Shown in pieces: positions 8,221 to 16,939 of a stretch of DNA of 64,000 bases. The stretch is from Bdellovibrionota bacterium (GTDB taxonomy: Bacteria; Bdellovibrionota_G; JALEGL01; DATDPG01). The position numbers and the translations under genes are program-made. How positions within the stretch are numbered: position 1 is the first letter of the stretch; every line of letters starts with the position of its first letter. The stretch is taken from positions 59,570 through 123,569 of the forward strand of contig DATDPG010000019.1 of NCBI GenBank assembly GCA_035292885.1, written 5' to 3'. The notes under the pieces were generated by a model. The model did not search any database. It had not been told where the DNA came from and saw nothing but the letters and a program-made list of their open reading frames with translations.

Positions 8221-9888
8221 TTAAACGTAGTTCAGATACGTCGGCCGGTACTGTTTGGCCTGAACGAAGCTCGGAATATCGGACGGCTTCGGTTCTCGCG
8301 CAAGCTCCCGCCGATGAGCGATCTCCATAACGGCCCCTGCAATAGCCGCCGAGACTTCCCGGATTTTCGATAGAGGCGGATAAATCGATCCACGCTCCAG
8401 GTCCTCCTTCGATACGTGCTGCGCCAACGTCTTCGCCGAGGCGAAAAACATTTCATCCGTCACGAATCTTGCTCCGCTAAGAACGACGCCCAAGCCGACG
8501 CCGGGGAAAATGTACGCGTTGTTTCCCTGGCCGGGAGCGAAACGCTTGCCTTCGTACGTCACCGGATCGAACGGACTGCCGCTGGCGAAGATCGCCCTCC
8601 CTCGGGTGTGAACGTATGCTTCTTCGGCCGTACATTCCGCCTGGGAGGTCGGATTCGACAGAGCAAATACGACCGGCCGCTCGTTGAGCTTGGCCATTTC
8701 TTCCAATATCTCCTTGGTAAACTGCTTCGGATGACCCGATACGCCCACAAGCGCCGTCGGTCGCAATGAACGAACGGCCTGGAAAAGATCCGCCATCGGC
8801 GCGTGGGAATGTGCGTACGGACGTTTATGTTCCTGAAGATCTTTGCGAGAGCTTTCTACGAGTCCCTTGGAGTCGACGAACCAGCATCGTGATATCGCTT
8901 CCGGTTTGGCTAACCCGCCCTCCATAATCGCGCTGACGATCAAGTCGCCGATCCCGATGGCGGCTTCACCCGCTCCATGCATCAAAATTGTCTGGTCCGT
9001 CAGCTTTTTCTGCGTGATCTTCATGGCCGAATAAATTCCCGCCACGGTTACGGCGGCGGTTCCCTGAATGTCGTCGTTGAAGCAGCAAACCCGCTCCCGG
9101 TATTTGTTCAAAAGCCGGAAAGCGTTGTGATTGGCGAAGTCCTCGAATTGAAGAAGGGCCTTCGGGAAGATATCCTGGACCGCACTGACGAACTCTTCTA
9201 TGAGATCGTCGTATTCCTTCCCTTTCAATCTTGGCGCTTGCGTTCCCAAATAGAGCGGATCTTTCAAGAGTTCCTGATTGTTCGTGCCGACGTCCAGCGT
9301 GATCGGCAGCGATTGCCTGGGGTGGACGCCCGCGCACGCGGTGTAGAGGGCCAGTTTTCCCACCGGAATCCCCATGCCGTTGGCGCCCAGATCACCCAAA
9401 CCGAGGATTCGCTCGCCGTCCGTCACGACGATGACGCGAACATCCTTCTCCGGCCAATTTTTGAGAACTTGGCGGAAGCGGCTGCGTTCATGGCGGGTGA
9501 GGAACATGCCGCGCGACCGCCGGAAGATATGGCCGTACAGCTGGCAAGCCTTTCCCACGACGGGCGTGTAAATAACCGGCATCATCTCTTCGATGTGATC
9601 TTGAATGACGCGGTAGAAAAGGGTCTCGTTCCGGTCTTGGAGACCTCCCATATGAATGAATTTCTCGAGTTCATTCGGTTTTTTTCGGTAGTTTTCCAAG
9701 ACTCGAGCCACCTGTTCGTCTTGCGAACAGATCCGGGGAGGTAGAAGCCCCTCCAGGCCGAGTCTTCGCCGTTCATCGGCGGTGAATGCCGTGCCTTTGT
9801 TCAACCCCGGGTCGTGAAGCAGTTCGTCACCCGTATAGGCGACGCGAAGCGTGTGCTCATCCAGGGATCGATGTTTGCTCGATGACAT
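8221..9888 (-). CDS. maeA: NAD-dependent malic enzyme
   Basis: 555 aa with LHDPGLNKGTAFTADERRRLGLEGLLPP, VVTDGERILGLGDLG, FNDDIQGTAAV and LSNPTSQAEC. Textbook malic-enzyme signatures. Confidence 0.95.
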   Translation of the reverse strand: MSSSKHRSLDEHTLRVAYTGDELLHDPGLNKGTAFTADERRRLGLEGLLPPRICSQDEQVARVLENYRKKPNELEKFIHMGGLQDRNETLFYRVIQDHIEEMMPVIYTPVVGKACQLYGHIFRRSRGMFLTRHERSRFRQVLKNWPEKDVRVIVVTDGERILGLGDLGANGMGIPVGKLALYTACAGVHPRQSLPITLDVGTNNQELLKDPLYLGTQAPRLKGKEYDDLIEEFVSAVQDIFPKALLQFEDFANHNAFRLLNKYRERVCCFNDDIQGTAAVTVAGIYSAMKITQKKLTDQTILMHGAGEAAIGIGDLIVSAIMEGGLAKPEAISRCWFVDSKGLVESSRKDLQEHKRPYAHSHAPMADLFQAVRSLRPTALVGVSGHPKQFTKEILEEMAKLNERPVVFALSNPTSQAECTAEEAYVHTRGRAIFASGSPFDPVTYEGKRFAPGQGNNAYIFPGVGLGVVLSGARFVTDEMFFASAKTLAQHVSKEDLERGSIYPPLSKIREVSAAIAGAVMEIAHRRELAREPKPSDIPSFVQAKQYRPTYLNYV

Positions 9889-9974
9889 GATTTTCTCCTT
9901 TTCCGGCGCGGCTTTAAGCGGCGCGATTCAGGGCATTTTCTACCGCGATTCGGCGCATGACAAGATGATTCGGA

Positions 9975-10421
9975 TCAGCGATTCGGAACGAGAAGAATCT
10001 CACCCGCGACATCGGAATCCAGCGCTAACGTCGTCTCGTCAATCTGTATAACGACGGACGGCCTGAGCTGTTTCAGTCGGAGTCGGGTCCCCGGAAGAAT
10101 GCCTAGGGAAGAGAGTTCATTGAGTCGCGTGGGATGACTCACTTGAAGCGCCGCGACTTCACCACATTGTCCGGGTTGCAGATCCAACAAGCGGGTCATG
10201 CCTCCTTCGCCGTTGATTCTTGGATGTTGGTGCGTTCCGAAAATGCGGCTCAGCCATCGCGCGGCGATCGATCGAGAGGGATCCGGAAATTCATAACCGC
10301 ACGTAGGACAGCGGATCAAGCCGCATTTTCCGGCAAACGGGCAGGCACACGTTTCCGCTTGCGGCGAGAACGCTTTGTTGCATAGAGGACAGCGAAGGGA
10401 AACTTCCGGTGTCAGAGCCAT
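9975..10421 (-). CDS. feoA: FeoA-domain protein with N-terminal Cys-rich zinc-ribbon
   Basis: Start chosen at MALTPEVSLRCPLCNKAF (10-nt overlap with the feoB stop). The CPLC...CAC...C...CPTC cluster is followed by the FeoA SH3-like domain LLDLQPGQCGEVAALQV...LGILPGTRLRLKQLRPSVVIQIDETTLAL. Confidence 0.75.
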   Translation of the reverse strand: MALTPEVSLRCPLCNKAFSPQAETCACPFAGKCGLIRCPTCGYEFPDPSRSIAARWLSRIFGTHQHPRINGEGGMTRLLDLQPGQCGEVAALQVSHPTRLNELSSLGILPGTRLRLKQLRPSVVIQIDETTLALDSDVAGEILLVPNR

Positions 10422-12463
10422 GCGGACCTCATGGCGAGATTGACCATTCCACCCACGAAAAACGCGAGAGGAAAAATCAGGGCCGTCATCCAAGCCGCTG
10501 TTTTGAGGCCATGTTCTTTAATCACCACAAAGAAGTTGGCGATACATGGAATGAAAAGCGTCATTGTCACCATCGCAACCACCACTTGAATCTCCGTTTC
10601 CGGCGCCACGCGCCCGGCCGCCAATCCCGGCCGGAATAGATCGTAAAGGCCGGCGGCGCCGTAATCCCGGCGGAGAAACCCGATCAAAAAAGCGTCCGTG
10701 GCTTTCGCCGGGAGATCGAGCCACCCGGTCACTAAGGGAGAAGCTGCTTGCTGCAGCCAACGAAGCGCGGAAAGGCGGTCCAGAAACCACAATATAAATG
10801 TGCCCAGAAAAAAGAGCGGGACGGCTTCGCGCAGATACCACTCGATTCGAGCGGCTGTTTTAATCAAGACGTTTGAGCCCAACGGTTTGCGCAAGGGGGG
10901 TATTTCGAGGATGAAATCGCTCCCGCGTCCCGGATAGAGTTTCCCGGCTAAAAAACCCACGACCATCATGACGGCGACGACGGTTCCCACCCACCAGAGC
11001 GTGGCCGCCAGGCTCAGCTGAGCGAGGAGCCCGAGGATGACGCCGAGCTGGGCCGAGCACGGAATGGCGAGCGCCAGGAGCAGCGTGACGATGATCCGTT
11101 CTTTTCGGCTGGTGAGCGTTCGTGTAGTGATCGTGGCCATGGTGTCGCATCCCAGGCCGAGAACCATCGGCATCACGGCTTGGCCGTTGAGGCCGAACAG
11201 ACGGAAAAATCGATGCAACAGAATTGCGAGCCTCGGCAGGTAGCCGCTGTCCTCCAAAATCGAAAACGCGATGAAGAAAAAACCGACGATCGGAAGGACG
11301 ATGGCGACAGAGTAGGAAAGCGCCATGGAAAAGAGGCCGTAGTCGCCGATCAAAAGGCCGGGACCCGTCCCGATCTCCACGCCTTTCGCGCCGATGAAAA
11401 AGGGTTCCCACGATGCCGGCAGAAGTACTCGGAGCGTCCAATCGAAAGCCGGCGTCAGAAATTTTGCGAAGACGGTGTTTTCAAGGAAATCCACCGCTTT
11501 TCCGGCTCCCAATACGCCGACGAATAGATAGATGCCATAAAGCACGGCGAGAGCCAGAGGGAAACCCCAAACCGAGTGTGTCGTTATTTCGCCCAATCGC
11601 GTGAGCCACGTCTGCGACTGTGTGATCTTTTGGCGACGGACGACGCTCAAGACGCGATCGACCCATTCAAACCGGCAACGTGCGACTTCCGCTAAAAGCC
11701 CGGGGCCGAGTTCTTCTCGCAATTGATTCGCGGTAGTCTCGGCCTCCCTCGCCCGGTCGTGGAGCCACGATTTCGCGCGGCCGGGCAACGAACCGTTTCC
11801 AATCAAAAGCAGCAGCGCTCGCCCCCGGCGCCCCGGCATTTCAGCCGGCATCAAGGACGCGATCCGGTGGAGCGCGGATTCAATCGCCGGCGGATACGAA
11901 AGACGGATTCGTCCGCGCTGGTAGCGAAGCTTGAGGTCCAATAGCTCTTCAAGTCCCTTATTCTGAGTAGCCACGGTACCCAGTACGTGAACGCCGAGTT
12001 CCTCGCGGAAAGCCTTGAAGTCGATTTCAAATCCGGCTGCGAGCGCCTCGTCCATCATGTTACATACAAGGACGGTGGGTGCCTCCAATTCAAGCAACTG
12101 AATCGTCAGGAAAAGAGCCCGCCGAAGGTTTTTAGCGTCGCAGACCTGAATGACTTCCAGGCCGGGGTGGTCCAATCGGTCGAGGAGCGCATCCCGAGCG
12201 ACGCGATCCGCGTCGGAAACGGCGAATAGACTGTTCGTTCCCGGCAGATCGAGGATTTTGGTATTCCGGCCTTTGAAAATACCCTGGAGAATTTCGACGG
12301 TCGTCCCCGGGTAATTCGACACATGGGCGTAATGGCCGGTCAGATGCCCGAATATCGCGCTCTTCCCTACGTTGGGATTTCCGACCAAGAGCGTCGAGGT
12401 CGTGGGCGTGGGCGCCGGTGCCTCCGCTATCGCGGCCCCGGCGCATTGCGAGTGGGCAATCAC
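10412..12463 (-). CDS. feoB: Ferrous iron transporter FeoB
   Basis: GNPNVGKSAIFGHLTG (G1), NYPGTTVE, DLPG, NMMD, then a long polytopic permease domain. 683 aa. Confidence 0.95.
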   Translation of the reverse strand: MIAHSQCAGAAIAEAPAPTPTTSTLLVGNPNVGKSAIFGHLTGHYAHVSNYPGTTVEILQGIFKGRNTKILDLPGTNSLFAVSDADRVARDALLDRLDHPGLEVIQVCDAKNLRRALFLTIQLLELEAPTVLVCNMMDEALAAGFEIDFKAFREELGVHVLGTVATQNKGLEELLDLKLRYQRGRIRLSYPPAIESALHRIASLMPAEMPGRRGRALLLLIGNGSLPGRAKSWLHDRAREAETTANQLREELGPGLLAEVARCRFEWVDRVLSVVRRQKITQSQTWLTRLGEITTHSVWGFPLALAVLYGIYLFVGVLGAGKAVDFLENTVFAKFLTPAFDWTLRVLLPASWEPFFIGAKGVEIGTGPGLLIGDYGLFSMALSYSVAIVLPIVGFFFIAFSILEDSGYLPRLAILLHRFFRLFGLNGQAVMPMVLGLGCDTMATITTRTLTSRKERIIVTLLLALAIPCSAQLGVILGLLAQLSLAATLWWVGTVVAVMMVVGFLAGKLYPGRGSDFILEIPPLRKPLGSNVLIKTAARIEWYLREAVPLFFLGTFILWFLDRLSALRWLQQAASPLVTGWLDLPAKATDAFLIGFLRRDYGAAGLYDLFRPGLAAGRVAPETEIQVVVAMVTMTLFIPCIANFFVVIKEHGLKTAAWMTALIFPLAFFVGGMVNLAMRSAWL

Positions 12464-12624
12464 CTTTTGAATTCTGCTCGGGTTGGCTTAAGCAAAACAT
12501 GATATGGAACAGGGTCGGGCTTAGGGGTCGGGCGAATCTTTCGCGAAACGGCGGAGTCATGTAAAAGACTGCGCGCTAAGATCGTGAGGTTGTTGTCGTC
12601 AGAAATTCAATCAGGAGGATCAGA

Positions 12625-12975
12625 ATGAAATCGCTTGTTGTGGTTTTGGGTGTTCTTTTCGCGTCGAGTGCCATGGCGCAAGACAAACTCGCCTCGCAGA
12701 AGGCGTTGTTCGATAAGTATTGCAAGAAATGTCATGCCGAGGATGGGAGTGGGAAAAAGCCCACCGGTGAATGGCTGCCGGTCGTAAAGACGCTTAAATT
12801 GGAAAAGCCGGAAATGTTGAGCATCATCTCGGATGAAGCCAAGAAGAAGACGGACGACGACATCAAGAAAATGATCCTGGAAGGAAAAGACAAGATGAAG
12901 GCGACCAAAGCGACGCCGGAAGAGGCGATTGAACTGGTCGCATACGTTCGTCATTTGCAGGGCGGCACGAAGTAA
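12625..12975 (+). CDS. Small periplasmic monohaem cytochrome c
   Basis: Signal peptide MKSLVVVLGVLFASSAMA and a single CKKCH. RBS AGGAGG. About 60% identical by eye to the protein at 45214..45588. Confidence 0.85.
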   Translation: MKSLVVVLGVLFASSAMAQDKLASQKALFDKYCKKCHAEDGSGKKPTGEWLPVVKTLKLEKPEMLSIISDEAKKKTDDDIKKMILEGKDKMKATKATPEEAIELVAYVRHLQGGTK

Positions 12976-13011
12976 CAAAGACCGTTTTTAGGCTGTTCAA
13001 AGCCGGTCAGT

Positions 13012-13311
13012 TTAGAGGCCGTTTGTGCCGTGGCAACCGGCGCAGGCGGCCTCGCCCTGTGTGCGGACGATTTCCTGTATCGCGTCCAGATCGATCCCGG
13101 CAAGCGAACTCTGATTACTCTGGTGGATGTTCTTCGGAAGGTGGCACCCGAAGCAATCTGAACGCTGCCACCCCGGCTGATGCTCTTCTTCCGTGAGAAT
13201 CAACGACTGCGGCGAGTTAATAATGTCTCCATAATTTTCGCCCGGACTGTCATGACCGCAGCCGCTCATGAGGACCGCGAGGAAGAAAAGGATGTACGTT
13301 GGGCGGGTCAA
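13012..13311 (-). CDS. Dihaem cytochrome c lipoprotein
   Basis: I moved the start to TTG 13311 (TTGA overlap with the upstream stop; RBS GAAAGGA 8 nt upstream). This gives MTRPTYILFFLAVLMSGC (lipobox). Two motifs, CFGCH and CAGCH. Confidence 0.7.
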   Translation of the reverse strand: MTRPTYILFFLAVLMSGCGHDSPGENYGDIINSPQSLILTEEEHQPGWQRSDCFGCHLPKNIHQSNQSSLAGIDLDAIQEIVRTQGEAACAGCHGTNGL

Positions 13312-13910
13312 AAGGAGATTCCTTTCTTCGTATGGCAATCCCGGCAAAACTGAATCTGATGGCACGAACCGCACGAATGAGGATTCGCCCGCGCTTCGAC
13401 GGAATGGACGTAAAGGAACGTGCGCGGATGGACGGTCTGAAGGATCGAATCACGCTGCATGTGGCAATCGACACAGCTCGATCGATCGTGGCACGTGGCG
13501 CAGGAAAACTCGTCCAATCGGGCGAAGACGGCGTGCCGCTGCGTCCAATCGAGACGATGGTCCGCCGGGATTAGCGGCCGGACATCCTTGTGACAGAGAA
13601 AACATCTTTGGGTGGCCTGCGCGGCCATCTCCGGTTTGCGATGACAGTCATGGCACTTCCATACCGGGCCGGCTTCGCTCGTTATTACGAGCGGTTTTAG
13701 GGCGTCGCGCTGCGGATGACAGCTCAAGCAATGGAGATTCTTCTCCTGAATTACAGGCGCATGAACGGCGTGGTTAAACAAAATGGATGGATGAACGGTT
13801 TGCTTGGGTGTGACCTGGCGCCAGTCCCCGGTGCGGACGCATCCGCCGATGATCGTAACGGCGATCGGCGCGATCCAGAAAAAATGTTGGCGTAGTTTAG
13901 AAATAAACAT
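13308..13910 (-). CDS. Heptahaem cytochrome c, probable lipoprotein
   Basis: MFISKLRQHFFWIAPIAVTIIGGC (lipobox-like). Seven motifs: CLSCH, CHDCH, CFLCH, CATCH, CVDCH, CGSCH, CRDCH, including paired CxxCH-x4-CxxCH units. The start overlaps the barrel gene stop by 14 nt. Confidence 0.85.
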   Translation of the reverse strand: MFISKLRQHFFWIAPIAVTIIGGCVRTGDWRQVTPKQTVHPSILFNHAVHAPVIQEKNLHCLSCHPQRDALKPLVITSEAGPVWKCHDCHRKPEMAAQATQRCFLCHKDVRPLIPADHRLDWTQRHAVFARLDEFSCATCHDRSSCVDCHMQRDSILQTVHPRTFLYVHSVEARANPHSCGSCHQIQFCRDCHTKKGISF

Positions 13911-15126
13911 AACGAGCCGAGACTCCCACGCGAACATCCGCCGTTTGATCGATGTTCGAATTGATTTCGCCGTTTACGCCGAGCTCAAGTCCCCATCGCC
14001 ATGCGTACAAGCATCCCAGGCCGGTGTGAAGAGCGTAATCTTCCGACCCGGTCACCTTGTCATATCGAGCGACGGCGAAAGATCCTCTGGCCCGCCATCC
14101 GAGCGAGATCTGTTTTTCGAGCGAGCTCGTGAATCCTCCGGATCGTCCGCCGTAACTATCCTGAAAGAATGCTCGGACGGAGGCGATCCAGGGGCGAACC
14201 CCCTCGATCCATTGAAACCCGCCATCCACCATATGGCCGTCCTCGGATCGGGTGGTCAGAACTTCATAACGTTGAAAACTGTACCCCGCCTGAACCGAAA
14301 GTTTCGAAGAGACTCGGTACGCCGCTGCACCTCTCCCTTGCCATTCCTCCCCCTGGGAAAAGAGCGTAAAAATCCGGTCCTGCCATTCGAAATTATCGCG
14401 GGATTCGTTGTATCGGGCGAACTCTCCGGAGAGGAGCAAGGCATCCATGGGGAAGAGTTCAAGTCCTGCACGACCTGATCCGAAAAGGGTTTTGTCCGCC
14501 AGGTAATCGATCGAACCATATAATAGAGGCGTCCAAAAAAACGGGAGCGCTTGTTTGGCTCCGGCCACGATCCATTGCCGGTGGACTGTCTCCAGATCGT
14601 CTTCATACCGATACCCCATCGTCAGTGTGGTCGAGGAGAACGGTTGCAGCGTCAGGTCGGCGCCGATCAACGTGGATTCTTCGTCGAAATCGGAAATTTC
14701 AGGATGCCTTCGCAAGCCGCCGAAGAGACGTCCCGATATTCGTCTCCGGGTACCCAGAGAAACTTGCGCGCCGTCGAGAAGGATCAGCGACTCGAACGGG
14801 TTCGCCAGAAATCTCCCCGCCTGGGCGTTCATTCCCCATTCGGGCCGATTCCACGAAACACTCGCTTGGTAAAGATCGGCCTTGTTGTCCGGATTTATCA
14901 GATTGGACAAAATCTGGCCGTCCATTGAAAATTCCCCTTGCAGCGGGGAAATTGGGGCGCTCAGGCGAAGGCGATTCACCCACGGGAGTTCCCGGTCTCC
15001 GATCAGATTTTCCCGGATCTGATTATACGATCTGAGTTCGACGGTCGGACCGGCCCAAGAGAGTGTTGGAGCAAGAATGACCATCCATCCCAGCGTCCGA
15101 TACACCCCTCGAAAAAGAAATGGCAT
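13897..15126 (-). CDS. Outer-membrane beta-barrel (porin component of a porin-cytochrome module)
   Basis: Signal peptide MPFLFRGVYRTLGWMVILAPTLSWA, alternating amphipathic strands, and a C-terminal ...VSARYVYF (aromatic terminus). Paralogous by eye to 49972..51312 (AGRFLANPFESLILLDG vs AGRQFRQEFESLYFDG). Confidence 0.65.
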   Translation of the reverse strand: MPFLFRGVYRTLGWMVILAPTLSWAGPTVELRSYNQIRENLIGDRELPWVNRLRLSAPISPLQGEFSMDGQILSNLINPDNKADLYQASVSWNRPEWGMNAQAGRFLANPFESLILLDGAQVSLGTRRRISGRLFGGLRRHPEISDFDEESTLIGADLTLQPFSSTTLTMGYRYEDDLETVHRQWIVAGAKQALPFFWTPLLYGSIDYLADKTLFGSGRAGLELFPMDALLLSGEFARYNESRDNFEWQDRIFTLFSQGEEWQGRGAAAYRVSSKLSVQAGYSFQRYEVLTTRSEDGHMVDGGFQWIEGVRPWIASVRAFFQDSYGGRSGGFTSSLEKQISLGWRARGSFAVARYDKVTGSEDYALHTGLGCLYAWRWGLELGVNGEINSNIDQTADVRVGVSARYVYF

Positions 15127-15203
15127 ATGGATATTTTAGTGTTCGTCTCCCGAAGAATAAGAACCATGATATGCATCATGCCGGGATAATTCCCGTCAAG
15201 GGC

Positions 15204-16301
15204 ATGATCAAAGAAATGCGCGCTCGGCATCCATTGGGGTTGTGGAGTCTTATTTTCACGTTGCTGAGTGTTTCCCCGGCGCTGGCGGAAAAGGAGAAAC
15301 CTAAGAGCGGCTGTATCGCCGAGGGATGCCATGCCGTTCTCATGAACGCGAAAGTCGTGCATTCGGCGATCGAGGATGGCGCATGCGACGGATGCCATAC
15401 ACCTTCGGAGGGGAGCAGTCCCGACCAGGCGGGTGCCAAACATAAATTCGAGAAGATCGACGTCGGCCAGGCCTGCGGAGATTGCCATGAGGCCGCGAAA
15501 GACAAATCGATTCACAAGCCGTACGGCGAAGCGAAGTGCACCGCTTGCCACAATCCGCACTCGTCCGACCAGCCGGCTTTGTTGCGGGAAGAGTCGCCGG
15601 CACTTTGCCAGCCATGCCACGAAAAGATCGCCGCAATTTCCTCGCGAGGTTCGAGCGATCATCTGGTGGCCGACGGAAAACTCGCCTGCCTGAGCTGTCA
15701 CGAAGGTCACCTGTCGAAAATACCGAAACTTCTCCGAAAATCGCCGAAAGAACTCTGCTTGGGATGTCACAACAAGGAAATCTCGACACCTCAGGGAACT
15801 CTGGTCGATATCGCCGGTAAGCTCACCGACAAAAAAGCGACCGTCCATGACCCCGTCGCCGATGGGTGCGTCTCTTGCCATAATCCGCATGGGAGCGAAC
15901 TCCCGCGGCTCCTCGTCCGTTCGTATCCGACGGCCTGGTACGGCAATCCATCGATTTCTGCGTACGGCCTCTGTTTTGAGTGCCATGAAGCGGCCGGTTT
16001 TGAAGCCAAGGAGACCGAGGAGGGGACGGCGTTTCGAAACGGCAAGAAAAATCTCCATGCGGTCCACATCTTGAACGATCCGCTGGGCCGCTCCTGTTCC
16101 GCCTGCCACGACGTGCATGCGGCGGCGGGAGAGCACCTCATTCCGTCGCAAGTTCCCTTTTTCGGTTTCTTGGTTCCCACGAATTTCAAGACGGCGGAGA
16201 ACGGCGGCAGCTGTTTCCCGGGTTGCCATGAAGCGAGAGCCTACGATCGCTTGGAGGCTGTGCCTCTATCTAAGCCGGACTCGGGACACCCGAAACCTTA
16301 A
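15204..16301 (+). CDS. Periplasmic multihaem cytochrome c (9 canonical + 2 non-canonical motifs)
   Basis: Start taken at MIKEMRARHPLGLWSLIFTLLSVSPALA. Canonical motifs: CDGCH, CGDCH, CTACH, CQPCH, CLSCH, CLGCH, CVSCH, CFECH, CSACH. Non-canonical: CIAEGCH (CX4CH) and CFPGCH (CX3CH). Repeated CHNPH signature. Confidence 0.85.
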   Translation: MIKEMRARHPLGLWSLIFTLLSVSPALAEKEKPKSGCIAEGCHAVLMNAKVVHSAIEDGACDGCHTPSEGSSPDQAGAKHKFEKIDVGQACGDCHEAAKDKSIHKPYGEAKCTACHNPHSSDQPALLREESPALCQPCHEKIAAISSRGSSDHLVADGKLACLSCHEGHLSKIPKLLRKSPKELCLGCHNKEISTPQGTLVDIAGKLTDKKATVHDPVADGCVSCHNPHGSELPRLLVRSYPTAWYGNPSISAYGLCFECHEAAGFEAKETEEGTAFRNGKKNLHAVHILNDPLGRSCSACHDVHAAAGEHLIPSQVPFFGFLVPTNFKTAENGGSCFPGCHEARAYDRLEAVPLSKPDSGHPKP

Positions 16302-16406
16302 GAACCAAACGGCATCCGGTCAAAATAGTTTCCGTACGAGAACTGATACAAATCATGGTTCACAAGGAGGCGTTCTGTTCTCCTAATTCTAGTAACCGGA
16401 ATTCAT

Positions 16407-16910
16407 TTGGAACCGAACGGAAGATGGCTTTTGTATGCGTGTTGTTGCGTAGGGTCGGCACTGATCGTCTCCGGATGTCAGAGCGGGAGCGGTCAGCCGA
16501 TTCAATACAATCATAAAGTTCACGTGGAAGAGGCGGGAATGGATTGCGTGTCGTGCCACGTCAACGTCCAGAGCGGCGCCCGCGCCACGATTCCGAACAT
16601 CGACGTATGCCAGGATTGCCATTCCGAGGAGCCTTCGGCGGATAAAACGGAACTGAAGAAGTTATTCTCTTATACTTCGTCGAATAAAAAGATTCCTTGG
16701 CGGAAGGTTTACCGTGTGGACGCGCATATCTTTTTTTCGCATCGAAGGCACGCGGTTCTCGGGAACATTTTGTGTGAAACATGTCACGGAAAGGTTGGGG
16801 AGAAAATGACTCCGGTGACCGGACGGGCCGTGGCCATCACGATGAAAGGTTGCATGGATTGCCATGAGAAGAGGGGGGTAGCTAATGACTGCCTTCTTTG
16901 TCACCGGTGA
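16407..16910 (+). CDS. Pentahaem cytochrome c lipoprotein (ActA/QrcA-like)
   Basis: TTG start. LLYACCCVGSALIVSGC lipobox. Motifs CVSCH, CQDCH, CETCH, CMDCH, CLLCH. Sits directly upstream of the molybdopterin-family subunit. Confidence 0.8.
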   Translation: MEPNGRWLLYACCCVGSALIVSGCQSGSGQPIQYNHKVHVEEAGMDCVSCHVNVQSGARATIPNIDVCQDCHSEEPSADKTELKKLFSYTSSNKKIPWRKVYRVDAHIFFSHRRHAVLGNILCETCHGKVGEKMTPVTGRAVAITMKGCMDCHEKRGVANDCLLCHR

Positions 16911-16939
16911 GGCGGAGCGGACAGGAGACCTGAAACGAC

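Noticed and set aside
15003-16229. 408-aa minus-strand ORF
   Set aside because: It is fully antisense to the multihaem cytochrome gene, whose nine CXXCH motifs validate the plus frame. The product is Arg-rich low-complexity.
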